Assembly (NCBI GenBank): GCA_963819815.1
Contig: CAWFXL010000001.1
Coordinates: 480,001 to 544,000 of the forward strand
DNA: 64,000 nt
Direction of reading: 5' to 3'
Source of the DNA: an uncultured bacterium
GTDB taxonomy: Bacteria; Babelota; Babeliae; Babelales; Babelaceae
The first letter of the stretch is position 1. The number at the start of each line of letters is the position of its first letter. The position numbers and the translations under genes were made by a program. The notes under the pieces were generated by a model. That model did no database searches. It was given only the letters and a program-made list of their open reading frames with translations, and was not told where the DNA came from. Positions 10,604 through 19,944 of this stretch are shown in pieces.

Positions 10604-11725
10604 TTAACTAAAGAACTTAAGGCGAGAATCACTATCTAACTGCACTAATTTATTAAAGAGAAAGTCAAAAGCCTCTTTTCTATGTGCTCGTGCTGCAATC
10701 TGCAACGATGTATATCCAAGATCATCTTTTGCCTCTAGCTGAGCACCACCGCTCAGCAACACTTCTAATGCATGCTTATGTCCGGCAAAAGCTGCAGCAT
10801 GCAAAGCTGTATAACCCTGAATATTTTTTGCGTTTACGTCAGCTCCCCTGTCAAGCAAGGTCCATATTAAATCTCTATTACCGAAATAAGTTGCGTGCAA
10901 CAAAGGAGTATCACCCGTAATATTTTTTGCGTTTATGTCAGCGCCTCTATCAAGCAGGATGAGGAGCGCATCTTTGTGGTTATTCGAAGCTGCAAGATGT
11001 AGTGATGTATTACCCTTATTAGTTTTTGCCTCCACGCTAGCTCCTCGATCAAGCAGAATCGTCAGTGCATCTCTATGACCCTTTGAAGTCGCAATATGCA
11101 GTGCTGTATTACCCTCATTATCTCTTGCTTCTATATCAGCTCCTCTATCAAGCAACATTTCTATTGCATCTTTATGGCCACCAAAGGCTGCAGCATGCAA
11201 TGCAGTCTGCCCCTTTTTATTTTCTGTGGCTACATGAGCTCCTCTATCAAGCAGGATTATGAGCCCATCTATAAAACCATATAAGGCCGCATAAAACAAT
11301 GCTGTAGCACCATCATTATCCTTTGCTTCAACATTTGTACCTCTTGCAAGTAATAGTTCCAAGGCCTCTCTTTTTTTAAGATTGACGGCGAGATGCAATG
11401 GAGAAGCGCCAATCATCCTTTCTCTCATAAAACGATCCCAAGCGGCACTAGGTGTTCCTGCCAGGTACTGTTCCAATACCATGGTGCTAATTTTTTCTGA
11501 TACTGATGCATTTGAGCCGTAGAGCTCGCGTACCCGTTTACCTAGGTCGATTGAACTATTGTCCAAAGATGATAAGAGAATTTCTGGAGTAAATATATTG
11601 TTTACATGTTTCTGAGAAGATTCTTTTGCCGTAGCCATTTCTTTCGTATTGGTGTGCATCCCGAGAAGAAATTGCGTACCGAGAATACACGATAGACCTA
11701 TCCAAACACAATTTATAGTTGCCAT
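10604..11725 (-). CDS. Secreted ankyrin-repeat protein
   Basis: About 8 near-consensus 33-aa repeats (G.TALH.AA..GH.DA...LLDRGAD..AK); GGAGG RBS. Confidence 0.95.
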   Translation of the reverse strand: MATINCVWIGLSCILGTQFLLGMHTNTKEMATAKESSQKHVNNIFTPEILLSSLDNSSIDLGKRVRELYGSNASVSEKISTMVLEQYLAGTPSAAWDRFMRERMIGASPLHLAVNLKKREALELLLARGTNVEAKDNDGATALFYAALYGFIDGLIILLDRGAHVATENKKGQTALHAAAFGGHKDAIEMLLDRGADIEARDNEGNTALHIATSKGHRDALTILLDRGASVEAKTNKGNTSLHLAASNNHKDALLILLDRGADINAKNITGDTPLLHATYFGNRDLIWTLLDRGADVNAKNIQGYTALHAAAFAGHKHALEVLLSGGAQLEAKDDLGYTSLQIAARAHRKEAFDFLFNKLVQLDSDSRLKFFS

Positions 11726-11966
11726 TTGAGCCTCCAGTAGTATCTAATATCTATTTACTATATGTATTTATTAATTGAAGTAAGTGCTTTAATAATACCT
11801 AAAAGTTTTCAACTTGTCAATGGCTTGTGCGGATTCGGTTAGGCCCAAGGCATGCAAAAACCAAGGACTTGATATAGAAATTACCACCAAGAGGCACTTA
11901 TCGCGATAGGCGCCACTCAGATCGTAGAAATAGTGCTGATATTCAATGTTTTTTTCAGGGTACCAC

Positions 11967-14120
11967 TCAAGAGCTTTTACTCATCAAGGTTTTCTCAAGA
12001 GTACGATCAAACAAGAAGCTCGTACGTAATCCTCTAAGCAGCTCTAGGCAACGATTATTTTCGGTTGCCTCGGCAATTTTTATCTCTTCATCATAGATGG
12101 TATGAAAGAATGTGGTGAAAAGACTTCTTTCTTTTGGAGACAAGTTTTTATAGGTTAATGCCTCCAGAAGAAGCTTTTTTTTCTCTGGAGTGCAGGCTAA
12201 TGATTCAACATGACGTTGGGCGGTGATCTCTACATGATCTGGGAGTGTTGCGTCTGCCCCGTGGAGGATCATTTCAACAATGAGAGCTGCTACAACACTT
12301 ACGGGAATCTGTTTACCCTCTTTTTTTACTGCCCCATCACACATTCTCAATGCCCATTGAATTGCTGTTCTTTGTTTGCGTCGACTGCGAGCATTAATGG
12401 CCTGAAATCCCCTTTGAAGTACTTCTTTAACAAAGGGATAATTACCCACTATGCAGGCCCATGACACGGTTGTTTTACCTTCACCATCTTGAGCGTTTAC
12501 ATCAGCACCAGCATCAAGAAGGAGCTGAGCGACTTTCTGACTTTTCGCCCAGTGCAATGATGTTTTTCCTTGGGCATCGGCCTTGTTTGGCTGAGCGCCA
12601 TGGTCAAGGAGGATCGCAACGACTTCTATTGCGTCTTTATCGGCAGCCCAGGAAAGTGGCGTCTGCCCTTTTGCATCAGCCTTGTTGACCTGCGCGCCTT
12701 GCTGTATCAGAAATCGTACCGCATTAGGGTGAGAGTTTCCTGCTGCCCAACTAAGCGGTGTTCTTCCATCTTTCTGGCAACTATTAATATCAATACCTTG
12801 AGCGAGCAGCATTGCCATTATATCCATATCACCATTCCATGCAGCTTGGCTTAACGCGCGTATAAGATTTTTTGAGCTAACTCCCTTCGTAGCATTCAAG
12901 ACAGTTACTATGGCTACATGACCCTCTGCTGCTGCTACCGATGAAGCGGTTTTTCCATCCCTATCGCACAGATCTACGTGTGCTCGATGTTGAAGCAATA
13001 GCTCTACTGATGCAAGTACACCATGATACGCCGCCCATAAGAGAGGAGAAGCATTATTGCCATCGCAACGATTAACCTCAGCGCCAGCATCAATGAATAA
13101 TTGTAAGATATGAGGATGTTGAACTGCCCAATGGAGAGGGGTTTTACCATCCACGTCACACGTATCGAGTTTTACTTTGAGAAGCAGAAGATAGCGCACA
13201 ACATCTTCCCTATTTTTGTGCGCAGCCCAGGAAATAGCAGCCTGATCTTTCTTATCACGAGTATTGATGTTAGCGCCAGCCCCTACGAGAACTTTGCATA
13301 TCTCCAGATGCCCATTTGCTGCGGCCCACCAGAATGCCGTTTTCCCATTGGCATCCTTCCTATCACACTTCATTCCGCTTTTTAGAAGAAGTTTTACGGT
13401 GTCGCAATACCCTTCTCCCGCAGCTCTTTGTAAAGGATCGGTTTTATCATTGTCCGTTATTTCTTTAAGACTTGGTTCGTGAGTAATAATATAGTCAACG
13501 ATATCTGTATGGGCAACTGCCCAATGTAATAACGTCTTACCCTGGCCATCTCTTTTTGTAAGTGAAGCCCCATGTGTATGGAGTGCTTTCACCACAGCAC
13601 TATGACCGTTACTTGCAGCGAAACCTATAGCTCTGTTTCCCCGTTTGTCGCATTCATCGACGCGAGCACCATACCGAACAAGTAGTTCTACAGCTGCTAG
13701 CTGACCTGAATTGGCTGCCCAATGAATGAGTCGCACCATATTGTCATTGGTCTGAAGATTCGCTAATGATCGATCGTTACTCAATTCGCGCTCTAATATA
13801 TCGATTCTTCCTTTATTTGCGGCTCTCCATAAGGTTTTTTTAAGGGTATCATCTACCCGTAATAACGCCTGGTCTTCTGGGGTCAATTTTTGTGCGAGAT
13901 GTCTTGTTACTTGCTTCTTTGAAGAACTTTGAGCAGAAGATTTTAGTATCGTAGAAGAGCTGATATGGGCTGGCACAAGAGCTGTGGCAGAATTCTTAAC
14001 AACCTTGGAAGGTTCACTCTTGGCAACATCACACCAGCTCATCTTTTGACTCATGCCACTGCAATACCGTATTCCTACAACGAGTATGATAATACAAATC
14101 CTTGAAATTCTTGGTACCAT
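11967..14120 (-). CDS. Secreted ankyrin-repeat protein
   Basis: About 15 repeats of the G.TPL.WAA type; signal peptide ending CSG|M. Confidence 0.95.
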   Translation of the reverse strand: MVPRISRICIIILVVGIRYCSGMSQKMSWCDVAKSEPSKVVKNSATALVPAHISSSTILKSSAQSSSKKQVTRHLAQKLTPEDQALLRVDDTLKKTLWRAANKGRIDILERELSNDRSLANLQTNDNMVRLIHWAANSGQLAAVELLVRYGARVDECDKRGNRAIGFAASNGHSAVVKALHTHGASLTKRDGQGKTLLHWAVAHTDIVDYIITHEPSLKEITDNDKTDPLQRAAGEGYCDTVKLLLKSGMKCDRKDANGKTAFWWAAANGHLEICKVLVGAGANINTRDKKDQAAISWAAHKNREDVVRYLLLLKVKLDTCDVDGKTPLHWAVQHPHILQLFIDAGAEVNRCDGNNASPLLWAAYHGVLASVELLLQHRAHVDLCDRDGKTASSVAAAEGHVAIVTVLNATKGVSSKNLIRALSQAAWNGDMDIMAMLLAQGIDINSCQKDGRTPLSWAAGNSHPNAVRFLIQQGAQVNKADAKGQTPLSWAADKDAIEVVAILLDHGAQPNKADAQGKTSLHWAKSQKVAQLLLDAGADVNAQDGEGKTTVSWACIVGNYPFVKEVLQRGFQAINARSRRKQRTAIQWALRMCDGAVKKEGKQIPVSVVAALIVEMILHGADATLPDHVEITAQRHVESLACTPEKKKLLLEALTYKNLSPKERSLFTTFFHTIYDEEIKIAEATENNRCLELLRGLRTSFLFDRTLEKTLMSKSS

Positions 14121-14740
14121 AAAGCCCTCATATTTAGACCTTGAGAAAGACCGTAACTCAAGGTGAGTGTTCTGTAAGGAACTAAATGTAGCAAATTCTT
14201 GAGATTAATAAAATGTGGTTATTTGAATGAATGCTGAGCTGCTATGGGATGATTGATAGCTTTGCTTTTTTTCTCTTGCCCAGTCGAGCTCTTTACCTAT
14301 CGCTAGCTTGGGGTAACGTGCTGTAACTCACCTAGTAGAGAGCCAACCACATTTTCAAATCAAGTTCCGACGAGCTTTTTCCGTCTTTCACTTCCGAGCA
14401 AACCGAAAACTGCTTCTAGAAGTGTTCGGCTTGTAGGCGCTTCTGGGGGAGATGAGATAGAGTTGGTTGTGCTTTGTCTGAGCTGATTTTCACAGTATGC
14501 AAAGTCTCCAAGAGCGGGCTCAAAACGTTGTTTTGCAGGTATGCCCTCAGAGTAATAATTCCGATTAACCTGTGTTTCTCAGCCAAAGTGAGTCTGTTAC
14601 CAAAAGTATCCTTTACTTTTAATCGGAGTATCTCGCCGTGTAATAGGACTAAATAACTGAGATGTATCCTATAACAGGTATGCTGAATATAGCTAATAAC
14701 TGATGGTTCATAGATTACTGTGGTGTTAGTAATGATCCGT

Positions 14741-15961
14741 TCAAGCAGGGTACTTGGTATCAGTCTGGGCCACGCTTGTCTGAACTATTTCTGTTGAGGT
14801 TCTTGATACCGTCTGCTGCTCAAGATATGCTTTCCTTGCCGTAAAGAGAGCAACCGCAAGGACGGCATTACTCGAAGATGGCTTCCTGTTTAAAGCAAGA
14901 GAATTTGAAGTTTCGCCTTGGGGAGTTTTGAGTAGCGTATCAGCACCGAGCTCAGCTAGTCGTACCGCAAGAAGATCTAGCCCTTCCTGCACGGCCAGAT
15001 GTAAGGGCGTAACACCATCTTTATTCCGAACATCAAGTCCAGCACCATACTGTATTAACAATTCGCAGAGATCCTGAGCACCTAATCGCACTGCCAAATG
15101 TAATGCGCAATCTTCATTAGATAGTCGAGCATTTACCTGGCATTTCCGTTCCAGAAGGACCCTGGTGAATTCTTTATGGCCATGCTTCACTGCCATGAGA
15201 AGAGCTGTTATACGGTCTTCAGCTTGTGCCTCCTTATTAATGCCCCGTTCAATAAGAGTAATTGCAGTATCAACATGTCCTCCAATTGCTGCTTCGTGCA
15301 GCGCAGTATTTCCCCCTATCGTAATTCTTATCAAGGAGGCACCCTTACTGAGAAGATAGGCCACCACATCAGTATGTCCCCAACGTGCGGCCAGATGCAG
15401 AGGCGTACGTCCTGCACTTGTCACTGGGTCAACTGCACAGCCAGCATTTACTAAAGCCATACAAGCTTCGAGATTTCCCTTTTCAGCTGCGCAATGAAGG
15501 GCTCTTTCGCTTTTAAAATTCTGTTTCTCTTGAAGACTTGGATCATTTCTCATGAGATATAAAACGACGTCTGAATCACCCGATATTGCTGCCCAATGAA
15601 GTGGCGTACGCCCTCCTCTATCAGTAACATTGATGTGCGCTCCCCTTCTGATGAGATGCTTAACCAATGTAAAGTCGCCACTTTCTGCAGCACAATGAAG
15701 TGCAGTTTTGCCGGTGGGCCCATCAAATCCATTGATGTCAGCACCATCTGCTAAGAATTTGTCAATCTGCTGTCCCACGGCACGTTGAGTACCTAAGGAA
15801 CGAAGTCTTTCATTTGCAAGTAGTTTAACCTCTTGTTCCATTTCAAGATCGAATTTAGCTGCATGAGAGAGACGCGATCTTTTCTTGTAGGTGCTTGTAG
15901 ATGAGCCGGAGCAGTTCGTTGTGAGATACAGAGCTATAACGATACAATACGATAGTTTCAT
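14741..15961 (-). CDS. Secreted ankyrin-repeat protein
   Basis: Start reassigned to MKLSYCIVIAL (15961); about 8-9 ANK repeats; basic patch KKRSR. Confidence 0.93.
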   Translation of the reverse strand: MKLSYCIVIALYLTTNCSGSSTSTYKKRSRLSHAAKFDLEMEQEVKLLANERLRSLGTQRAVGQQIDKFLADGADINGFDGPTGKTALHCAAESGDFTLVKHLIRRGAHINVTDRGGRTPLHWAAISGDSDVVLYLMRNDPSLQEKQNFKSERALHCAAEKGNLEACMALVNAGCAVDPVTSAGRTPLHLAARWGHTDVVAYLLSKGASLIRITIGGNTALHEAAIGGHVDTAITLIERGINKEAQAEDRITALLMAVKHGHKEFTRVLLERKCQVNARLSNEDCALHLAVRLGAQDLCELLIQYGAGLDVRNKDGVTPLHLAVQEGLDLLAVRLAELGADTLLKTPQGETSNSLALNRKPSSSNAVLAVALFTARKAYLEQQTVSRTSTEIVQTSVAQTDTKYPA

Positions 15962-16100
15962 GTTTTTCTCGCGAGGTTTTTGGCACGTTTTCTTAGTCAG
16001 GCTAGTGTTCCATTGAACCTCTTTTTTGTCTATAAACCTAATCTTTATGCTCAGATGTGGGTAATGGGAAGATCTAAATCGAGGGCCTTGTATATTAAAA

Positions 16101-16352
16101 TTGAAGATTATCACCTCAATGGCTGAAGTTGGTAAAACAACAGCCAATGCTCTCTTAGCAAAAATGCCTAAGCTTGGCATAATAACTGATAAGCAAATAC
16201 CAGCCTTACTTGGTGTTGCTCCATTTGTTCGCCAAAGCGATGCCTATAAAGGTACTGCTTCCATCGAAGGAGGTCGGTCTGCGGTTCGCCATATCATTTA
16301 CATGGCAGCTATGGCATCAATACGTTATAATTCTGTTCTGAAAACTTTTTAT
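16101..16352 (+). mobile_element. IS110-family transposase remnant (Transposase_20 region)
   Basis: ITSMAEVGKTTANALLA...KQIPALLGVAPFVRQSDAYKG..SIEGGRSAVRHIIYMAAMASIRYNSVLKTFY matches the IS110 C-terminal domain; DEDD domain absent. Confidence 0.85.
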
Positions 16353-17176
16353 ACGATTCCTAGCTGTCGGCCAAAACGTTGGGTAAGATACTGCTTAGCT
16401 TCATCGCTTAGTCTAGGCAAATGTGCTGGTGGATTTGTTATGAAACTACGTGAAGAAAAACCTTCATGATTTCTGATTGAAGCATCTGCACCATTAGCGA
16501 GCAGTAAAGAAATGATGTCCCCCTTATGAAATCCTGAGTCTAGAATGCAGTAAAAGAGTGCTGTGTTGCCAGTGCGAGACTGCGCGTTTACCTGAGCACC
16601 ATTCCGTATGAGAAATTTCATAATATCTCCTACGTAGAGTGGATTTTGGCGGGCATAATGCAATAATGGTGTATTACCCTCTTCATCATACCTATTAATA
16701 TCAGCTCCCTGAGCGAGCCAATATTGAGCTTGATTAAAATCAGCTAGCTCGAGAGCCTCAAGAAACTTCTTTTGTGCATCGTCTGCTTTTTCATGCTCGT
16801 TAACGAGTAAAGAGCCATTGTGTACTGAAATCTGTCCCATTGGATCAATTACAATATGTAGATCAGAAAAACGCTCTGGAGAATGCGAAATTATTGTTGG
16901 TTGATTAACATTATAATCCCACACCTCTATCCCTGATCGAGTTACGCGTATTGCCTTAGTACCCACTAGTGAGCTCGAAATAAAAAGATTATCCCGACCT
17001 AGATTTGTATTCAGAATAGACGAATCTTCGGTCGAAGGTATCATTATTGCCTTAGACCCGGGTTGATCAGGTAGAAAAACCATGCACGGAAGATCTGATT
17101 GGTTCGATATAACTATTTTTTCTGCATAGAGCGCATAGTTCATTAATAGAGCTGCGCAGAATATCTGTATTTTCAT
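16349..17176 (-). CDS. Secreted protein, beta-rich N-domain plus about 3 ankyrin repeats
   Basis: AAGGA RBS; MKIQIFCAALL signal; GADIN, GNTPLL and GNTALF motifs. Confidence 0.9.
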   Translation of the reverse strand: MKIQIFCAALLMNYALYAEKIVISNQSDLPCMVFLPDQPGSKAIMIPSTEDSSILNTNLGRDNLFISSSLVGTKAIRVTRSGIEVWDYNVNQPTIISHSPERFSDLHIVIDPMGQISVHNGSLLVNEHEKADDAQKKFLEALELADFNQAQYWLAQGADINRYDEEGNTPLLHYARQNPLYVGDIMKFLIRNGAQVNAQSRTGNTALFYCILDSGFHKGDIISLLLANGADASIRNHEGFSSRSFITNPPAHLPRLSDEAKQYLTQRFGRQLGIV

Positions 17177-17601
17177 AAGTGGTGATTCCTTTAAGTATGC
17201 TAGTTTAATTATCAAATTATTTCTAATTGTAGCACGAGGCAAACAAAAATTCAACAATTGACTTATTGTGCCCAAGTGTTTATTTCATAAACAACTACCC
17301 ACAGGGCCTTATGCTATAGACCAACTTTAAGAGACACCCATTCGTAGCAATTTTCGAGGCACCCAAACGTCCAATAATGCTATTCAGAGGACCTTAAGGG
17401 CGCATTGTGACTTGATAGCATTGGTCTATTCTTTGCTACTTTCCTCATAATTCTTTTTTGTCCGGCACAAAGGTCTAAAAATTGGTTTTCTGTACCCTAG
17501 AGCGTCATACAGATACACTACATGTACCTACAAAAAAACATGCCCCCCTCTTCATCTTGCCACCTATACAGGCAATAAAGTTTTCTCTTAGAAAGAATTT
17601 C

Positions 17602-17629
17602 TTGACATAAACTATTCATATTGTATTAT
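17602..17629 (+). promoter_or_regulatory. Sigma70-like promoter
   Basis: TTGACA-N16-TATTAT upstream of 17711. Confidence 0.5.
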
Positions 17630-17710
17630 TAATGTAATGTAACTAGAGGACATCTCTCTGGCTCGCCCAGGGAAAAACATGAAGACAACCTCGTCGAAAG
17701 TGACTACGCC

Positions 17711-18775
17711 ATGAATACATCTACTCTTTTTTTCTCCCTACTCATTTGTCCATCTCTCTGTGCAATGGTTCAAACTGCACAGCTCGACTATGCAAAAACT
17801 AATCAGAAAGTTTCTTTAGCGACTGCTGATAATGCAACATTTACAGTAGATACTGAGTTTGCACAATCATGTAAAACTCTCAAGAACTGCATGGCGAATA
17901 GCGCTTCTTCCTCTGAAAACGAAGTAATACCCCTTGTTTTAGAGAGCCGTGAGCTTATGCTATTTTTGCCTATATATAGGTCCGAAAAACCTAATTACAC
18001 GGTCCTGCAAGATTATAGTTTTGATGATTTACTTACGGTTTTGCGAGTTGTTCAGTACTTGGAAATACCTAAATCTGAAACCGCGAACATATTAAAAAAA
18101 GTTGCATTGCGCTTAACGCGAGATGATTTCATCCATGGAAGAGGACAGGCTGTCCAGCCAAAACTTCCTCTCTATAAACGAGAACTCTTTTGGGTCTGGA
18201 ATAGTTTGTTTCTACTCTTAGGAGCATGCAATTATTGGGATTATGTCAGAGAGGGAGGGAGAGGAGTACCAGCCATCAGCGACTATTATAAGCCGCTTTT
18301 TCTTATGATTCTCCTGAATGTATGCGCAATTAGGTTAGATGCCTGGGCTACAAAAGATTCTTATCGCTCGAGAATTGAAAATAAAGAAGTTCAAGCAGTG
18401 GGCGATGGATTATTAACCGTAACCTATTTCGATAATGAAAATATCGCAAAACTTGCACACGGAATGTTTAATGATTCTATCAAATGTGATCTCCTCGTTC
18501 CTTGCATAGCTCCCAATATACGATTATGTCGATTGCTCAAAGGACAATCAGCTGTATTACCTTTGAATGAATTCGATATTCATGAATGGTCTAGCCACGT
18601 GAGTGTGGGACCTGGCCCGCATGCACCAAATACTTCAAATATAGAACGTATTAGAAAAGATGCGAAAGAAATGTCTATTCTTCTTACCCAAGAACTCAGT
18701 GCATCATGTATGCAAGAATTAATCACAAGACTTTCTCAACCGCCTGTTGAGCAACCGCAAGAACAAGAAGAATAA
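17711..18775 (+). CDS. Secreted SKP1/BTB-POZ-like domain protein with two possible TM segments
   Basis: VSLATADNATFTVDTEFAQSCKTLKNCM...VIPL...DLLTVLRVVQYLEIP resembles the SKP1 pattern (L.SSDG..F.V....A..S.TIK.M / L.ELI.AANYL.I). Confidence 0.8.
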   Translation: MNTSTLFFSLLICPSLCAMVQTAQLDYAKTNQKVSLATADNATFTVDTEFAQSCKTLKNCMANSASSSENEVIPLVLESRELMLFLPIYRSEKPNYTVLQDYSFDDLLTVLRVVQYLEIPKSETANILKKVALRLTRDDFIHGRGQAVQPKLPLYKRELFWVWNSLFLLLGACNYWDYVREGGRGVPAISDYYKPLFLMILLNVCAIRLDAWATKDSYRSRIENKEVQAVGDGLLTVTYFDNENIAKLAHGMFNDSIKCDLLVPCIAPNIRLCRLLKGQSAVLPLNEFDIHEWSSHVSVGPGPHAPNTSNIERIRKDAKEMSILLTQELSASCMQELITRLSQPPVEQPQEQEE

Positions 18776-18811
18776 ACCAACGAGGTCTGCAAACTCCCGA
18801 AGGAAGTTCAG

Positions 18812-19390
18812 ATGAATGCCATGCTCGTCTTAGGTGTATCTATGAACTCAGGTCGCAAACAAAGAAAGCCCGTGATGCAGCAGATCATACATCCCATACA
18901 ACGGAGCACTCGCGCGTGCCATCAGTGTGGAAAAGCAGACGCTCCTAAAATGTGCTCTCGCTGTAACGCAGTATATTATTGTAACGCCGAGTACCAAAGA
19001 CAAAAATGGTCTTCCCATTAAAAAATTGCCATTCAAAATAACTTGTCATTAAACCTATAGTTTGGGCGATGCACATAGCGCGTATTTAGATGCAGTCAAA
19101 ATACGTGACATACCATTCCAGGAGCAGTTCAAGAGAACAGTAGTGCTCGTAAGAATGTCATAGCAACTCCATAATTAGTATACAAGTATTTCGCATAGAT
19201 CTCCCTGTGTCAGGACTTTCAATTCATCGGGGCTCACGAGCAACTTTTAACAGGCTGGCCGAACAAGAACGTCCTGATGGTGGTACCCAAAATATTGCAT
19301 ACGGAGTTGACATACTCGCCCAGGAATACATTCCGGGGATTCTGGGATCAGACAGCGATAGCCAACAAAGTTGGTCTTATATCGCCTAAC
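18812..19390 (+). pseudogene. Decayed MYND zinc-finger gene
   Basis: CHQC..CSRCNAVYYCNAEYQRQKWSSH* : one ligand Cys replaced by Tyr, stop before the last Cys; fragmented ORFs downstream; boundaries approximate. Confidence 0.65.
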
Positions 19391-19577
19391 CCAAGAGTTA
19401 ATGCCCTAACTCGTTCGATATTTTTCGCAGCATTATAGTCTCTATCATGAGTGGTTCTAAGTAGATACATCACTCAGTACAAAGGCGAGGCTGTTCTGGC
19501 ACTATTTTGATTATTAAAAACTGTTACAGTTCACATGTGGTAGTATCAGCAAATGAGATACAGGCAAGAGTTGTTAG

Positions 19578-19612
19578 AAGATAGTACCTCGATGATCTCG
19601 AGATACTATCTT
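19578..19612. terminator. Imperfect palindrome between convergent gene blocks
   Basis: AAGATAGTAcCTCGA-tgatc-TCGAGaTACTATCTT. Confidence 0.4.
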
Positions 19613-19900
19613 GAGCTTCTCATCCCCATACATACATTTAGGGGCCTTCCCGGCACAGAGGGTAATATTCTTATGCAGTTTTCGTTACCCTCAGTAGCAA
19701 GATGCAATGGTGTGCTCCCTCTAAATTTATCACTTCCAAGTACCTGGACATCAAAGAATTCTCCCGTGTCGATGAAATATTGGATGAGAGCGGCATGCCC
19801 AATTTTGCCAACATACTGATTATAGAATTATCAAATGAATCACTGACAGCAAGTGCTTGAAAAAAAATCAGTGAACTCATGCGCTCTATATTTCATCATA
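19605..19900 (-). pseudogene. Ankyrin-gene remnant
   Basis: Unlisted minus frame reads GHAALIQYFIDTG...GSTPLHLATEGNENCIRIL; start region frameshifted; boundaries approximate. Confidence 0.6.
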
Positions 19901-19944
19901 CATTCTTCCCACCTGTTACATATGTTTTAGTTACCTAGTATTTT

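Noticed and set aside
10604..14120. 99-bp periodicity as a possible CRISPR or DNA repeat array
   Set aside because: Explained by ankyrin codons; no invariant repeats with unique spacers and no cas genes
14220..14711. Possible decayed secreted gene on the minus strand (MNHQLLAIFSIPVIGYISVI*)
   Set aside because: Too fragmented; no recognisable domain
15962..16180. N-terminal extension of the 479-aa ankyrin ORF
   Set aside because: It is antisense to the IS110 remnant; the signal peptide begins at 15961
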